From: Nemertoderma westbladi
Lineage: Eukaryota; Animalia; Xenacoelomorpha
Length of the DNA stretch: 48,888 bases
Assembly (NCBI GenBank): GCA_032718475.1
Contig: JAUCBJ010005292.1
Location: 1 to 48,888 of the forward strand
Direction of reading: 5' to 3'
How positions within the stretch are numbered: the stretch's first letter is position 1; every line of letters begins with the position of its first letter. Both the position numbers and the translations under genes were made by a program. Below, one piece after another: positions 24,326-35,469 of this stretch. The notes below the pieces were generated by a model that searched no databases, was not told the DNA's origin, and saw only the letters and a program-made list of their open reading frames with translations.

Positions 24326-26903
24326 GTGAGTTAGGCAAAACTGGGAGAGGCTCTCAATAAAGCGGTGAGTTAGGCAAACCTGGGAGAGGCTCTCAATAAA
24401 GCAGTGAGTTAGGCGAAACTGGGAGAGGCTCTCAATAAAGCGGTGAGTTAGGCAAAAAATGAGAGAGGCACTCAATAAAGCGATGAGTTAGGCAAACCTG
24501 GGAGAGGCTCTCAATAAAGCAGTGAGTTGGGCAAAGCTGGGAGAGGCTCTCAATAAAGCAGTGAGTTAGGCAAAAAATGAGAGAGGCACTCAATGAAGCG
24601 ATGAGTTAGGCAAACCTGGGAGAGGCTCTCAATAAAGCAGTGAGTTAGGCAAAACTGGGAGAGGCTCTCAATATAGCGGTGAGTTAGGCAAAAATTGAGA
24701 GAAGCTCTCAATAAAGCGGTGAGTTAGTTAGACAGACCATACTGGGAGAGGCTGATCCGGAGACAAAATGAGAGAGGCTAAACCGGAGACAAAATGGGAG
24801 AGGCTAAACTGAGAGAGGCTCTCAATAAAGCGGTGAGTTAGGCAAAACTGGGAGAGGCTCAATAAAGCGATGAGTTAGGCAAAACTGAGGGAGGCTATCA
24901 ATAAAGCGGTGAGTTAGGCAAAAAATGAGAGAAGCTCTCAGTAAAGCGGTGAGTAAGGCAAAACTGGGAGAGGCACTCAATAAAGCGGTGAGTTAGAAGT
25001 GATACCAAGTCAATAAAGCGGTGAGTTAGGCAAAACTGGGAGAGGCTCTCAATAAAGCGGTGAGTTAGGCAAAACTGGGAGAGGCTCAATAAAGCGGTGA
25101 GTTAGGCAAAACTGGGAGAGGCTCAATAAACCGGTGAGTTAGGCAAAACTGGGAGAGGCTCTCAATACAGCGGTGAGTTAGGCAAAAAATGAGAGAAGCT
25201 CTCAGTAAAGCGGTGAGTTAGGCAAAACTGGGAGAGGCACTCAATAAAGCGGTGAGTTAGAAGTGATACCGAGTCAATAAAGCGGTGAGTTAGGCAAAAC
25301 TGGGAGAGGCTCTCAATAAAGCGGTGAGTTAGGCAAAACTGGGAGAGGCTCAATAAAGCGGTGAGTTAGGCAAAACTGGGAGAGGCTATCAATAAAGCGG
25401 TGAGTTAGGCAAAAAATGAGAGAAGCTCTCAGTAAAGCGGTGAGTAAGGCAAAACTGGGAGAGGCACTCAATAAAGCGGTGAGTTAGGCAAAACTGGGAG
25501 AGGCTCTCAATAAAGCGGTGAGTTAGGCAAAACTGGGAGAGGCTCAATAAAGCGGTGAGTTAGGCAAAACTGGGAGAGGCTCAATAAACCGGTGAGTTAG
25601 GCAAAACTGGGAGAGGCTCAATAAACCGGTGAGTTAGGCAAAAAAAATGAGAGAAGCTCTCAGTAAAGCGGTGAGTTAGGCAAAACTGGGAGAGGCACTC
25701 AATAAAGCGGTGAGTTAGAAGTGATACCGAGTCAATAAAGCGGTGAGTTAGGCAAAACTGGGAGAGGCTCTCAATAAAGCGGTGAGTTAGGCAAAACTGG
25801 GAGAGGCTCAATAAAGCGGTGAGTTAGGCAAAACTGGGAGAGGCTCAATAAACCGGTGAGTTAGGCAAAACTGGGAGAGGCTCTCAATACAGCGGTGAGT
25901 TAGGCAAAAAATGAGAGAAGCTCTCAATAAAGCGGTGATCTAGGCAAAACAAAGGCAAAACTGAGAGGCATTCAATAAAGCTGTGAGTTAGAAGTGAAGT
26001 GATACCGAGTCAATAAAGCGGTGAGTTAAGCAAAACTGGGAGAGGCTCAATAAACCGGTGAATTAGGCAAAACTGAGGGAGGCTATCAATAAAGGGGTGA
26101 GTGAGTTAGGCAAAAAATGGGAGAAGCTCTCAATAAAGCGGTGATTTAGGCAAAACAAAGTAAGAGAAGCTCTCAATACAGCGGTGATTTAGGCAAAACA
26201 AAGGCAAAACTGAGAGAGGCATTCAATAAAGCTGTGAGTTAGAAGTGATACCGAGTAAATAAAGCGCTGAGTTAGGCAAAACTGGGAGAGGCTCAATAAA
26301 GCGGTGAGTTAGGCAAAAGTGAGAGAGGCATTCAATAAAGCTGTGAGTTAGAAGTGATACCGGCAATAAAGCGGTGAGTTAGGCAAAACTGGGAGAGGCA
26401 CTCAAGCGTAAGAGGCCGGGAGAGGCTCAATAAAGCGGTGAGTTAGGCAAAACTGAGGGAGGCTATCAATAAAGCTGTGAGTTCGGAAAAACTAAGAATG
26501 GCTCTCAATAAAGCTGTGAGTTAGGCAAAAAATGAGAGAAGCTCTCAAGGCGGTGATTTAGGCAAAACAAAGTGGAGAAGGCTCTCAATAAAGCGGTGAG
26601 TTAGTTAGACAGACCATACTGGGAGAGGCTAATCCGGAGACAAAATGGGAGAGGCTAAACCGGAGACAAAATGGGAGAGGCTAAACTGAGAGAGGCTCTC
26701 AATAAAGCGGTGAGTTAGTTAGACAGACCATACTGGGAGAGGCTAATCCGGAGACAAAATGGGAGAGTCTAAATTGCGAGAGGGGCCATACTGGGAGAGG
26801 CTAAACCGGAGACAAAATGGGAGAGGCTAAACTGAGAGAGGCTCTCAATAAAGCGGCTCTCAATAAAGAGGTAAGTTAGGCAAAACTGGGAGAGGCTCTC
26901 AAT
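24295..26903 (+). repeat. Minisatellite, about 39-bp unit, roughly 65 copies, derived from the exon 3/intron 3 junction
   Basis: Consensus GGCAAAACTGGGAGAGGCTCTCAATAAAGCG|GTGAGTTA; the first unit overlaps the coding exon. Copy number is estimated from length. Confidence 0.95.
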
Positions 26904-27090
26904 TACAATAATATATTATGAACTGGTCGGTACACAATCAAAAATATTCGATATTCATATTCCATTTTGAATTACAATAATATATTATGAACCGGTACAC
27001 TTACACATTCAAGAACTGCAGTCGATAGTTTACAAAAATTGCACTAGTTAAATTTAATAATATTGATGTACAGAATGACCCAGTTCTCAC

Positions 27091-28275
27091 TCAAGGGTTG
27101 TAGCAGTCCTGGCATTCGCAATGGGCTATCACGGGATACTGTACTGTGTACTCGTTGCCTAGGGGACAGACAACGTCTGCGTCGACCTCGACCCACTCGC
27201 GACTCCGACACATCTGACACTGAACGTGGGTGGTCAGCTGTCCCGCCTCCATGTAGGCGAGCATCCTGGACTCGCACCTCCCGCTGCACGAGATACTGGG
27301 CAGCGGCTCCCGGGAGCGACAACCCGAACCGAAGTCGACCGTCTCGCGACTGCGATGCATCACGCAGCCGCTGCACTCCGACAACGTCTCCACGCAGTCC
27401 ACGGCGAATCCGTCGACGAACCAAGCCGTCTCGCAATCATTGCAGTAGTTAACCTCGCAGGTAGCCTCCGGGTAGTTGTCGCACACCTTGCCGCGACACG
27501 TGTTGGCCACGCAGTAGCTCAGGTCCGTGGGTTCGGTACAGGGGTCCCGCGGGCAGCAGGCCCCCACGTCGCTCGCACCGATCCCCGACGATCGGCACGC
27601 GTAGTTGGGCGGGCATTGCAGATCGTTGGCGCACGCGTGCGCGAGGTGCTGGCCGAACTCGCAGGGTCCGTGCGGGTGAAGACCCATCTTTATTGAGGAT
27701 GGACTCTCCGTAGTAACCTCCTCGACATCACCCGAGGTCGATTCTTCCCCAACTTCCTCATCAGCGTTGGCTTCCTTGTCTAACTCGGCTACAGTGTTAG
27801 CGATCTCTGCGAGGGCGGCTTTGTTTGCGTTGGAGGCAGTGGCGGTTGTTATTTCTGGCGTTTTCGCAGTGGTTATTTCCGGTTTCGGGGTTGTGGTTAC
27901 TTCTGGTGTGGTGGCGGTAGTTTGTTCTGGTGTGGTGGCGGTGGTTACTTCTGGTGTGGTGGCGGTGGTTACTTCTGGTGTGGTGGCGGTGGTTATTTCT
28001 GGTGTGGTGGCGGTGGTTATTTCTGGGGTTGGTGTGGCAGTAGTGGTTATTTCCGGTCTTGGGATGGTAGGTACGTCCGGGGTTGTAACTGTTTCCGGGG
28101 GATTGGTTATTCTTTCTTTTGGGTGTTTTACTGGGCGTATTTCGATTTTATCCGTGAGTTCTCGTAGCATCTTCATTCTTGCGTACTTTGCACGAGATGA
28201 GAACATTTTGTTACTCCCATAAGAAAAATTCCATGTCAGAAATATACACACACAAAGCAGGGGTAGCTTCAACAT
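27091..28275 (-). CDS. Secreted mucin-like protein with Cys-rich modules and a C-terminal cystine knot, 394 aa, nested in RPIA intron 3
   Basis: Signal peptide; (TTPE[IV]TTA)n repeats; Lustrin/WR1-like C..CP..Y.C..CCP; a C..YPEATC..NYC..C module; C-terminal CxGxC ... CxxC ... CxCxxC knot. Uninterrupted ORF with GC-rich codons. Confidence 0.9.
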   Translation of the reverse strand: MLKLPLLCVCIFLTWNFSYGSNKMFSSRAKYARMKMLRELTDKIEIRPVKHPKERITNPPETVTTPDVPTIPRPEITTTATPTPEITTATTPEITTATTPEVTTATTPEVTTATTPEQTTATTPEVTTTPKPEITTAKTPEITTATASNANKAALAEIANTVAELDKEANADEEVGEESTSGDVEEVTTESPSSIKMGLHPHGPCEFGQHLAHACANDLQCPPNYACRSSGIGASDVGACCPRDPCTEPTDLSYCVANTCRGKVCDNYPEATCEVNYCNDCETAWFVDGFAVDCVETLSECSGCVMHRSRETVDFGSGCRSREPLPSISCSGRCESRMLAYMEAGQLTTHVQCQMCRSREWVEVDADVVCPLGNEYTVQYPVIAHCECQDCYNP

Positions 28276-28837
28276 CGTTAATTACTACCTAAATACGTTA
28301 TATTACAATAAAGATAAATATAATTATTATCCAGAATAATTGTCGCTGTGATTGTGGCGTTGAAGCTGTTTGGTAATACTATAAACTTTAAGGGTAGAAC
28401 AGCTGATAGGTATGTGATATAGGAGGTTGTGTCATGTCGCCTCGTTAGCACCTCTCTGGGTTTTGTGAGCTGATTGATGATTGGCTGTAGATGATTATTG
28501 TAGTTCCTCGTATGCTCCTGAGCACCGCCAAATACATAATAAAGACAAATATCTTTAGGTGCACTAAAGAATATTAAGCCAAATATTTCTACCCGTCTCC
28601 CAGGCCTTTATCAATGGTGGTTGTTGGCGATATGGGCAGATCATTTCCTGGGTTAAATAATTAAATATCTTCCATTTATTGCGTTCACACAGCGCATGAA
28701 TGGTTTTGATTTTTAATTTTAATGATGGAATACAATGTATGGTATGAATTTGAAATTTATTTTATTTATTTTTATTTTATTTTTTTAATTTTAATTATTA
28801 ATAACTTGCAATAACACGATTACATTATTATTTTTAG

Positions 28838-28946
28838 GGTCCAGTAATTACCGATAATGGTAATTTTATATTGGATTGGCAATTCCCTAGCCGAACGTCG
28901 CCTTACGATTGGTCAGATATTAATATAAGTCTGAAGCTAATTCCTG
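28838..28946 (+). CDS. RPIA: Ribose-5-phosphate isomerase A, exon 4
   Basis: TTTTTAG acceptor; [14 protein letters not shown]...LKLIP; CTG|GTGAGT donor, phase 1. Confidence 0.95.
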
Positions 28947-29233
28947 GTGAGTAAACTTTCTTATATAAAACCTTGGGGCGAGCCACGAAGTAAAGCTAAT
29001 TCCTGGTGAGTAAACTTTCTTATATAAATCCTTGGGGCGAGCCACGAAGTAAAGCTAATTCCTGGTGAGTAAACTTTCTTATATAAATCCTTGGGGCGAG
29101 CCACGAAGTAAAGCTAATTCCTGGTGAGTAAATTTTTTTAAATAAAACCTTGGGGCGAGCCACGAAGTAAAGCTAATTCCTGGTGAGTAAACTTTTTTTT
29201 ATATAAAACCTTGGGGCGAGCCACGAAGTAAAG
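28934..29233 (+). repeat. Five tandem copies of a 59-60 bp unit spanning the exon 4 donor
   Basis: AAGCTAATTCCTG|GTGAGTAAACTTTCTTATATAAAACCTTGGGGCGAGCCACGAAGTA repeated five times. Confidence 0.95.
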
Positions 29234-29603
29234 AAAATTTACAAATATATATGTGGGTTCCGCGTCAAAGTAAACGAGCTTAGCATGTGGGTACCGCTGT
29301 CTGTCTATCGGCGAATGTTTAAAGGCTAATAACTCGGATCAACGTTGTTGAAATTAAATCAACTGGTATACAATTGGTATACTGTCAAAAGTCTGCCTTA
29401 GAATTTGTGGGGGTGGACTCAGCAGTTCTCCAGTCTCCCGCTAGAGGGGTTCACCGAATGTTTAAATAGTTAAGGGAATTTTCTTAATATATTTTTTTTT
29501 AAATAGTACCACGAAGACTAAATATATATAGTTTTGAAATTGATATTGGCTAAAATTTGCAAAGTCCCGTTCTACTTACACCGCTACCGCCATCTTCTGA
29601 AAG

Positions 29604-29778
29604 GAGAATTAGATACTGTTCATATGGCTGTCTGTACGTTTGACTGTCGGTTTGTCTGTCAGTTCAGTATGTCTGTCCATCAATAAAAGCGAGAATTAGA
29701 TACTGTTCATATGGCTGTCTGTACGTTTGACTGTCGGTTTGTCTGTCAGTTCAGTATGTCTGTCCATCAATAAAAGCG
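29604..29778. repeat. 87-bp tandem duplication inside a CTGT-rich dispersed repeat
   Basis: GAGAATTAGATACTGTTC...AATAAAAGC begins at 29604 and again at 29691. Confidence 0.9.
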
Positions 29779-30271
29779 TACTATCTGTTTAAAAACTTCC
29801 CTATATGGGTTTTGTGGTCGTTGACTTCATTTCCTGATATCTTTATTCAAATTTGGCATCGTCGTTTCTGTCTGTATGCCTGTCAGTCTGTCCGCCACAA
29901 TATACCCGACAGTCTGACAGCCAAACATACAATTTGGAAGTCATCAAATGTTAAAACTGACACTCAAAATGAATTCTGCGACCAGGAAAACCCTTGAGCA
30001 AAACTTCTAGTTAGATGGTGTGCCCTTTTATTATATTTCACAGACAGATAGTCGGATAGTCAGAAAGACCGACAGACAGACATACGTCATACATACAAAC
30101 TAAATTTCATTAAAAGTGAAAACTGACCTCAGAAGTGAAATCAGCGACCAGGAAAACACCCATAGCAATAATCTTAGCATGGTTTTGTGCTTTCTTGTTG
30201 CTAGATATATATTGACAGACATTCTCACATATTAACAGACAGTTTTTTCACGGGAATGTTCAAACTTTAAA

Positions 30272-30502
30272 GGGTAGGTGTAATACGCGGATCCGGATCC
30301 GGAATCGGATTCCAAATTTATCAATTAAGGAAAAGGAGCAGGTTACAGTGGCACGTTATTTTAACCAAAACAATAAACTAACGTCAATAGAACAGGTTAT
30401 AGTTTTATTTTTGGGAGTTATAAAAATGTAAAAAAAATCGACTTCCGTAGGGACAATGTTAAATGTAGAATCCGGATCCGGATCCGCGTTTTACTCTGAC
30501 CC
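30272..30502. mobile_element. MITE with GGGT..CGCGGATCCGGATCCGGA TIRs and 9-bp TSD (MULE-like)
   Basis: Flanked by AACTTTAAA (30263-30271) and AACTTTATA (30503-30511). Confidence 0.75.
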
Positions 30503-31261
30503 AACTTTATAGGTAATTATCTCGGAATGGTATTTTTCATTCCAAATAATAAACATAAAATGCTACTCTTCTGCCAATTTTTAATATTTTTTGATGCAAT
30601 TTGGACATTCACAAGCTTGGTGTCTTCAAAGGTATTGGTCAGAATTTTAAAATTTTGATCTTAACTCATTTTGTTGGCTTCTAAATGTAAAAACGATAAT
30701 TTTTGAAAAAATATGTAAATAATTAATTAATTTGATAATAAAATTGGAAATTATCAATATCAAAAAATTTTGACCAATAGTTTTATTCAACACTATAACC
30801 TAATTATATACGGTATACGAAATAGCTAGTTATATAACTAAAATATATATCTTTATATAACTTTTTAGTAATAGTTTTAATTTTATGCTACTAAATAGCA
30901 CTAAATTATTATAATTATATTACAACAAAAAAAAATTTTAAACCACTTTCAGCTATCAATTCACCCATATACCAGCAATTATTCAATTTGGACAAAGCCT
31001 TGCCCTGTTACCATTGGTTTTCATTGACTGTGTTAAGCCCAACAATTATTTTCGCGCACCAACCCTATTCTTGCGTTATTGTTTTGGTTTTATATTAACA
31101 AAAGGAATTACATCAAAACTAATTACTAACTTGTGAGGCGCGTGAAGCGCGCCTGGCTTGTTAGTGTAATCTATACCAATGCATGTTTGTGACACAAAAC
31201 GTCTAGATAGAAACCTATTTGAATATAAAAGTAAAAGTTTATCATTTATTTTCTTATCCAG

Positions 31262-31380
31262 GTGTTGTAGAAACAGGATTGTTCGTTTCCATGGCCAGCA
31301 AGGTATACGTAGGCGCTGAAGACGGCACATGTTATGTGAAAACACCGATCCCACCTCAATCGAATAGCTGTGAAGACTAA
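31262..31380 (+). CDS. RPIA: Ribose-5-phosphate isomerase A, exon 5 (terminal)
   Basis: TTCTTATCCAG acceptor; (G)VVETGLFVSMASKVYVGAEDG...CED*. The five exons sum to 774 nt, giving 257 aa. Confidence 0.95.
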
Positions 31381-32456
31381 TAATTATTTGAAAACGCTTT
31401 TATTTTCTAATAATTATTGTAATTAATTTATCATCCCTGTGTTGGCTTGCTTCTCCTGGGGTGTTTCATTATTGTAGTGAAGGTGCAATTATGCAATTAG
31501 TATTTATATGTGGTATATTATTTAATATTTTATAGTAACCACTTGATTGATTAAGTTATCATATTTATACTAACTGTTCCGCGCTAAATGCTCATTGAGA
31601 GTTTAGCTTCTAATAATCAGTTTACCAACTCCATTTATAATCTTTGTAAGACTGAATTATTTATCAATACCAACATTTTCACAATATATATAAACTATAT
31701 ATATATATATACGGAACAAGATGGGTACAGTACAACCTGACTGGCGAAATATATATAAACAAATGTGAAACCAGTCTCCTATCACAATATATAAACTATA
31801 CTATCATTTCATAAATTAAATATATAATTTATAACATTGTGTAGACATGCCTAGTTTGTAATTCTATTTTTAGCATCGATTTTTAATTTTTGTATTATAA
31901 TATTATTACAGTAATTATGTGGTGATATATTTTTATAATATTATAGTTACTAAGCGTTCAGAGCGTCGAGACGTGATTAATGGTGTAACAAATTTATGTA
32001 AAGTTTGGGGGGGGGGGGGGGGGGGGGGTGGGGGTACTGGCTTGGAAGTCAACATCTTGAAATGCATACTGCTCCAAAAAACGCATAAGTAAATAAAATG
32101 TAAGATACGCCCCTTTGCGGCCAGAGCCAATATATATATTTTTGACTTAAATAGCTACTCCTTTGTAACACGTTTTTTTGGAATCAGCATGGGCGAATAC
32201 GTTAAAAAAAATTTGTTTCTAACTTTTCAAGGAAAATGCCGGTATTTTTCAAAATAGCGGTTATTAACAAAATCTGTTTTTTGTGTAAAATTTTTTTATA
32301 ACAGAAGAACAATTCCAAAACTAAAGAAAACTGCTCGAATTTTTTTTATTGCGCGCACTAATAGCTTTCATTTGTTACCAAAGACTTACAAATTGGTTAA
32401 AAAATGGCGGGGGTGTAGTGATATAAAAATGAAAAAATGTAATTCCGAAATCATTA

Positions 32457-33329
32457 GGATAGTAGGGCCTACTGTTTTAAGTAGATCTGGACCGAAAGTG
32501 ACAGACAAATTTGCTAAATCGACCGAAAGCGACCCAAATTAGAAAGCTTATCAAATTTCACGCATACTGGTACACTCAGCATGAAAAATTATGTTACTTT
32601 TGCCTTATATTTCATAAAATAACAAAATTATTGATATTTTATGTTCTCCCAAAGTTAACATGTGTTACATGAATATTACCTAGCAACGTAAGTATGCCAT
32701 CCCTCTTAATCACTACCGGTTGGCTTACTGCTGTTGTTGGCTGCAGCAATACAATTACCACCGCCGTCCAGACTTATGGCACTAGGGTGTGGCGGGTCAA
32801 ATAGCTATAAAACATGAGTGGGTCCTTCGTAGAACTGCGAGCCATCTTATCGAACAATTATAATTATTATATTATGGCTAGTTTTATCTTTGCTTCCGAC
32901 ACACGCACTGACACACACACGCACAGACTTTATAAACGGCCATAGTATAATTATAACAGTTCGCGCTGATGGCTCGCAGTTTTAACTCGCACCACAGTAC
33001 AGCAGTGAGACTAAACTGTAGGTTGCAGGTATTGCTACTCCGTGGCCTACCTGCCCCTGTCAGTAATTCAGAGTATAGCAGTACTACCCACTGTCAGATT
33101 GCCTGTAGCCTTTACAACTTTAGGCTTACAATCTAAAGAGTATAGAAATTTTGAATGACATTAATAATTAGCAATAATTTTGTATTTTAAGAAATATATG
33201 GTAAAAGTTACATAATTTTTGCGTTAAGGGCACCAATAAATATGAAATTCCATGAACTTTCTAATTTGGGTCTCTTTAGCCTCTTTTTCGGTGGCTTTTG
33301 GTCCAATTCTACTTACAGTTGTACTATCC
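32457..33329. mobile_element. Long-TIR non-autonomous DNA transposon with 4-bp TSD ATTA (Sola-like)
   Basis: GGATAGTA...TACTATCC termini, imperfect TIR over 150 bp, internal inverted repeat 32833-32982, ATTA at 32453-32456 and 33330-33333. Confidence 0.7.
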
Positions 33330-34659
33330 ATTATAAATGCCTTAAAAATTTGAACCTTCCCGCGCAAAAACTGTCTGTTAATATGTGAGAATGTCTGTCA
33401 ACATATCTAGCAACAAGAAAGCACAAAACCATGTTAAGATTTTAGCTATGGGGGTTTTCCTGGTCGCTGATATCATTTCTTAGGTCAGTTTTCGCTTTTA
33501 ATGAAATCGAATTAGTCTCTACGTGTGTCTGTCAGTCTATCTGACTGACTATCCACAATCTGTCCATCTAATAATATATGAAAATCAATCTAGTTAAAAG
33601 TTTAGCTATATGGGTTTTCGTAGTCGCAGAATTCATTTCGAGTGTCAGTTTTAATATTTGATAACTTCCAAATTGTTTGTTTAGTCGGTTATATTTTAAC
33701 GGACAGACTGACAGTCATACAGACAGGAACGACAAGGCCAAATTTGAATAATGACATCAGAAATCAAGTCACCGACCACAAAAACCCATATAGAAATTTT
33801 TTTAGACAGAGTACGCTTTCTATTAACGGATAAACATACTGACGGACAGTCCGACAGTCAAACGGACAGACAGCCATATCGCGAAAAGCAAGATAGATCT
33901 TTTTCAAATGTTGAATCTTGATAAAAAAATCTTCTGTGGATTAAATATAAAAAATACATTTGAAAGCCAGTAACCCCCCCCCCCCCTCCCCCTTAAATAT
34001 ATAATTTTTTTTATTTATGAAGAATCTACGAAAATTGAAGAAGTTGTGTTACTATCCTATTTTATCAGCCTAAATGATAATAAAACTGATTAAAAATGTC
34101 CTTTGCTCTGAAAACTAAAAAGCTTATTAGGCCTAACTAATGTACAATGATAGAATTATTTCTGTCAAGTAGTACCGTACCAGTCTCTGGATTAAAGTTT
34201 TATGCACCTAATTTTGGGAAATGAACTCCCACCAATACTTGCTATGTGAAGTCCATGATGCTAAGAAAAAAACATTAAATTGAAAATGGTGCTGGTAATG
34301 TAATTGTAATAATTTAAATTACTCTTATCAAACAGTGTTAAATGTTATAGAGCGGTTGCGATGGATTGTTTGTACTGTATGTTACTAATTATGTACTGGT
34401 TGACATAGTGCTCACATTTTGTACATTGTGTAGGGCCTATACGTCATTTTTATAAGTAATAAATTATTATTATCTTATTTGCTAAAAAAAATCAAATATT
34501 TTTTATCATAAGGGATTTTCATGAAAGGGTTGACTAAATTACTGAAACGATTGAATAATAATAAGCAAACTACGCTTTACATGAACTGTATAAAACATTA
34601 GACTTACTATTAATGTAACACATACTAATTAATGTAGGCCTACTCTACATATCTTGGAA

Positions 34660-34850
34660 AAATTGAAGACAATATAATATTGCCAACATTGCCTTATGAT
34701 AATGATGAAATAATACAATATAACACGTGGTGCACTGATGGACGATGGGGAATCAATACTCAGTCTCCTACATAGAGGTGGCTAAAATTGCTATTTACGT
34801 AAAACTCCAGGTTTGACATCACAGACCGTAATGATCTAAAAGTAACTGCT
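34660..34850 (+). mobile_element. Highly decayed LINE APE-endonuclease fragment
   Basis: RGG..IAIYVK...RNDL-like motif read across frameshifts. Confidence 0.3.
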
Positions 34851-35469
34851 GATAATAATTGGTCTAGAAAGTCATTGCAAAAAAAGTAAAAGAGACAACT
34901 TTCAATCTTTAATTGACACCTCTTATCACTTACATTGTTTTACTGTTTTACAACATTAGGGCCTACTCAATACTCATGCTACCATCGGGGCATCTCTACC
35001 TTGCCCCCCATACTTAAATGGTAGCTCAATGAGTAGTTGAGTTTCCTGGGGAGTATAGTTCCGGGGGACTTATATACGTAGTAGTGACGCAACGGGAACT
35101 ATAACTAACTCACTAAACGCATTAATTACTACAGTAATAACTATTGTTACAATATTAATAAGGTAATGGACAGAAAAAAACGTGATTCCTGAAAAGTAGA
35201 CAGAGTAGGTTTGGCCAAACTTGAAACTGATATCAGAATTGAAATCACCGACCGCGAAAACCCGCACGTTGTCAGCTGTCTACTCCTTTAATAGCATTCA
35301 GAAATGTATTTTAATTATTTACATATTGACAAGGAGAGACCAACACTTTTGCGCGGGAAATGTGCGAAGGTTTAAATTTAAATGCATTCTACTTGGAATT
35401 TTTATCTCGTTTTTGCTCCACTCAAAATCCGTAATTTTTTAACCAAATTGTTTGAAATTGTCAGTCAAT

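Noticed and set aside
24191-25811. Minus-strand ORFs ([11 protein letters not shown] repeats)
   Set aside because: By-products of the 39-bp unit being a multiple of three.
27044-28222. Overlapping alternative-frame and antisense ORFs
   Set aside because: Shadows of the GC-rich and repetitive 394-aa coding sequence.
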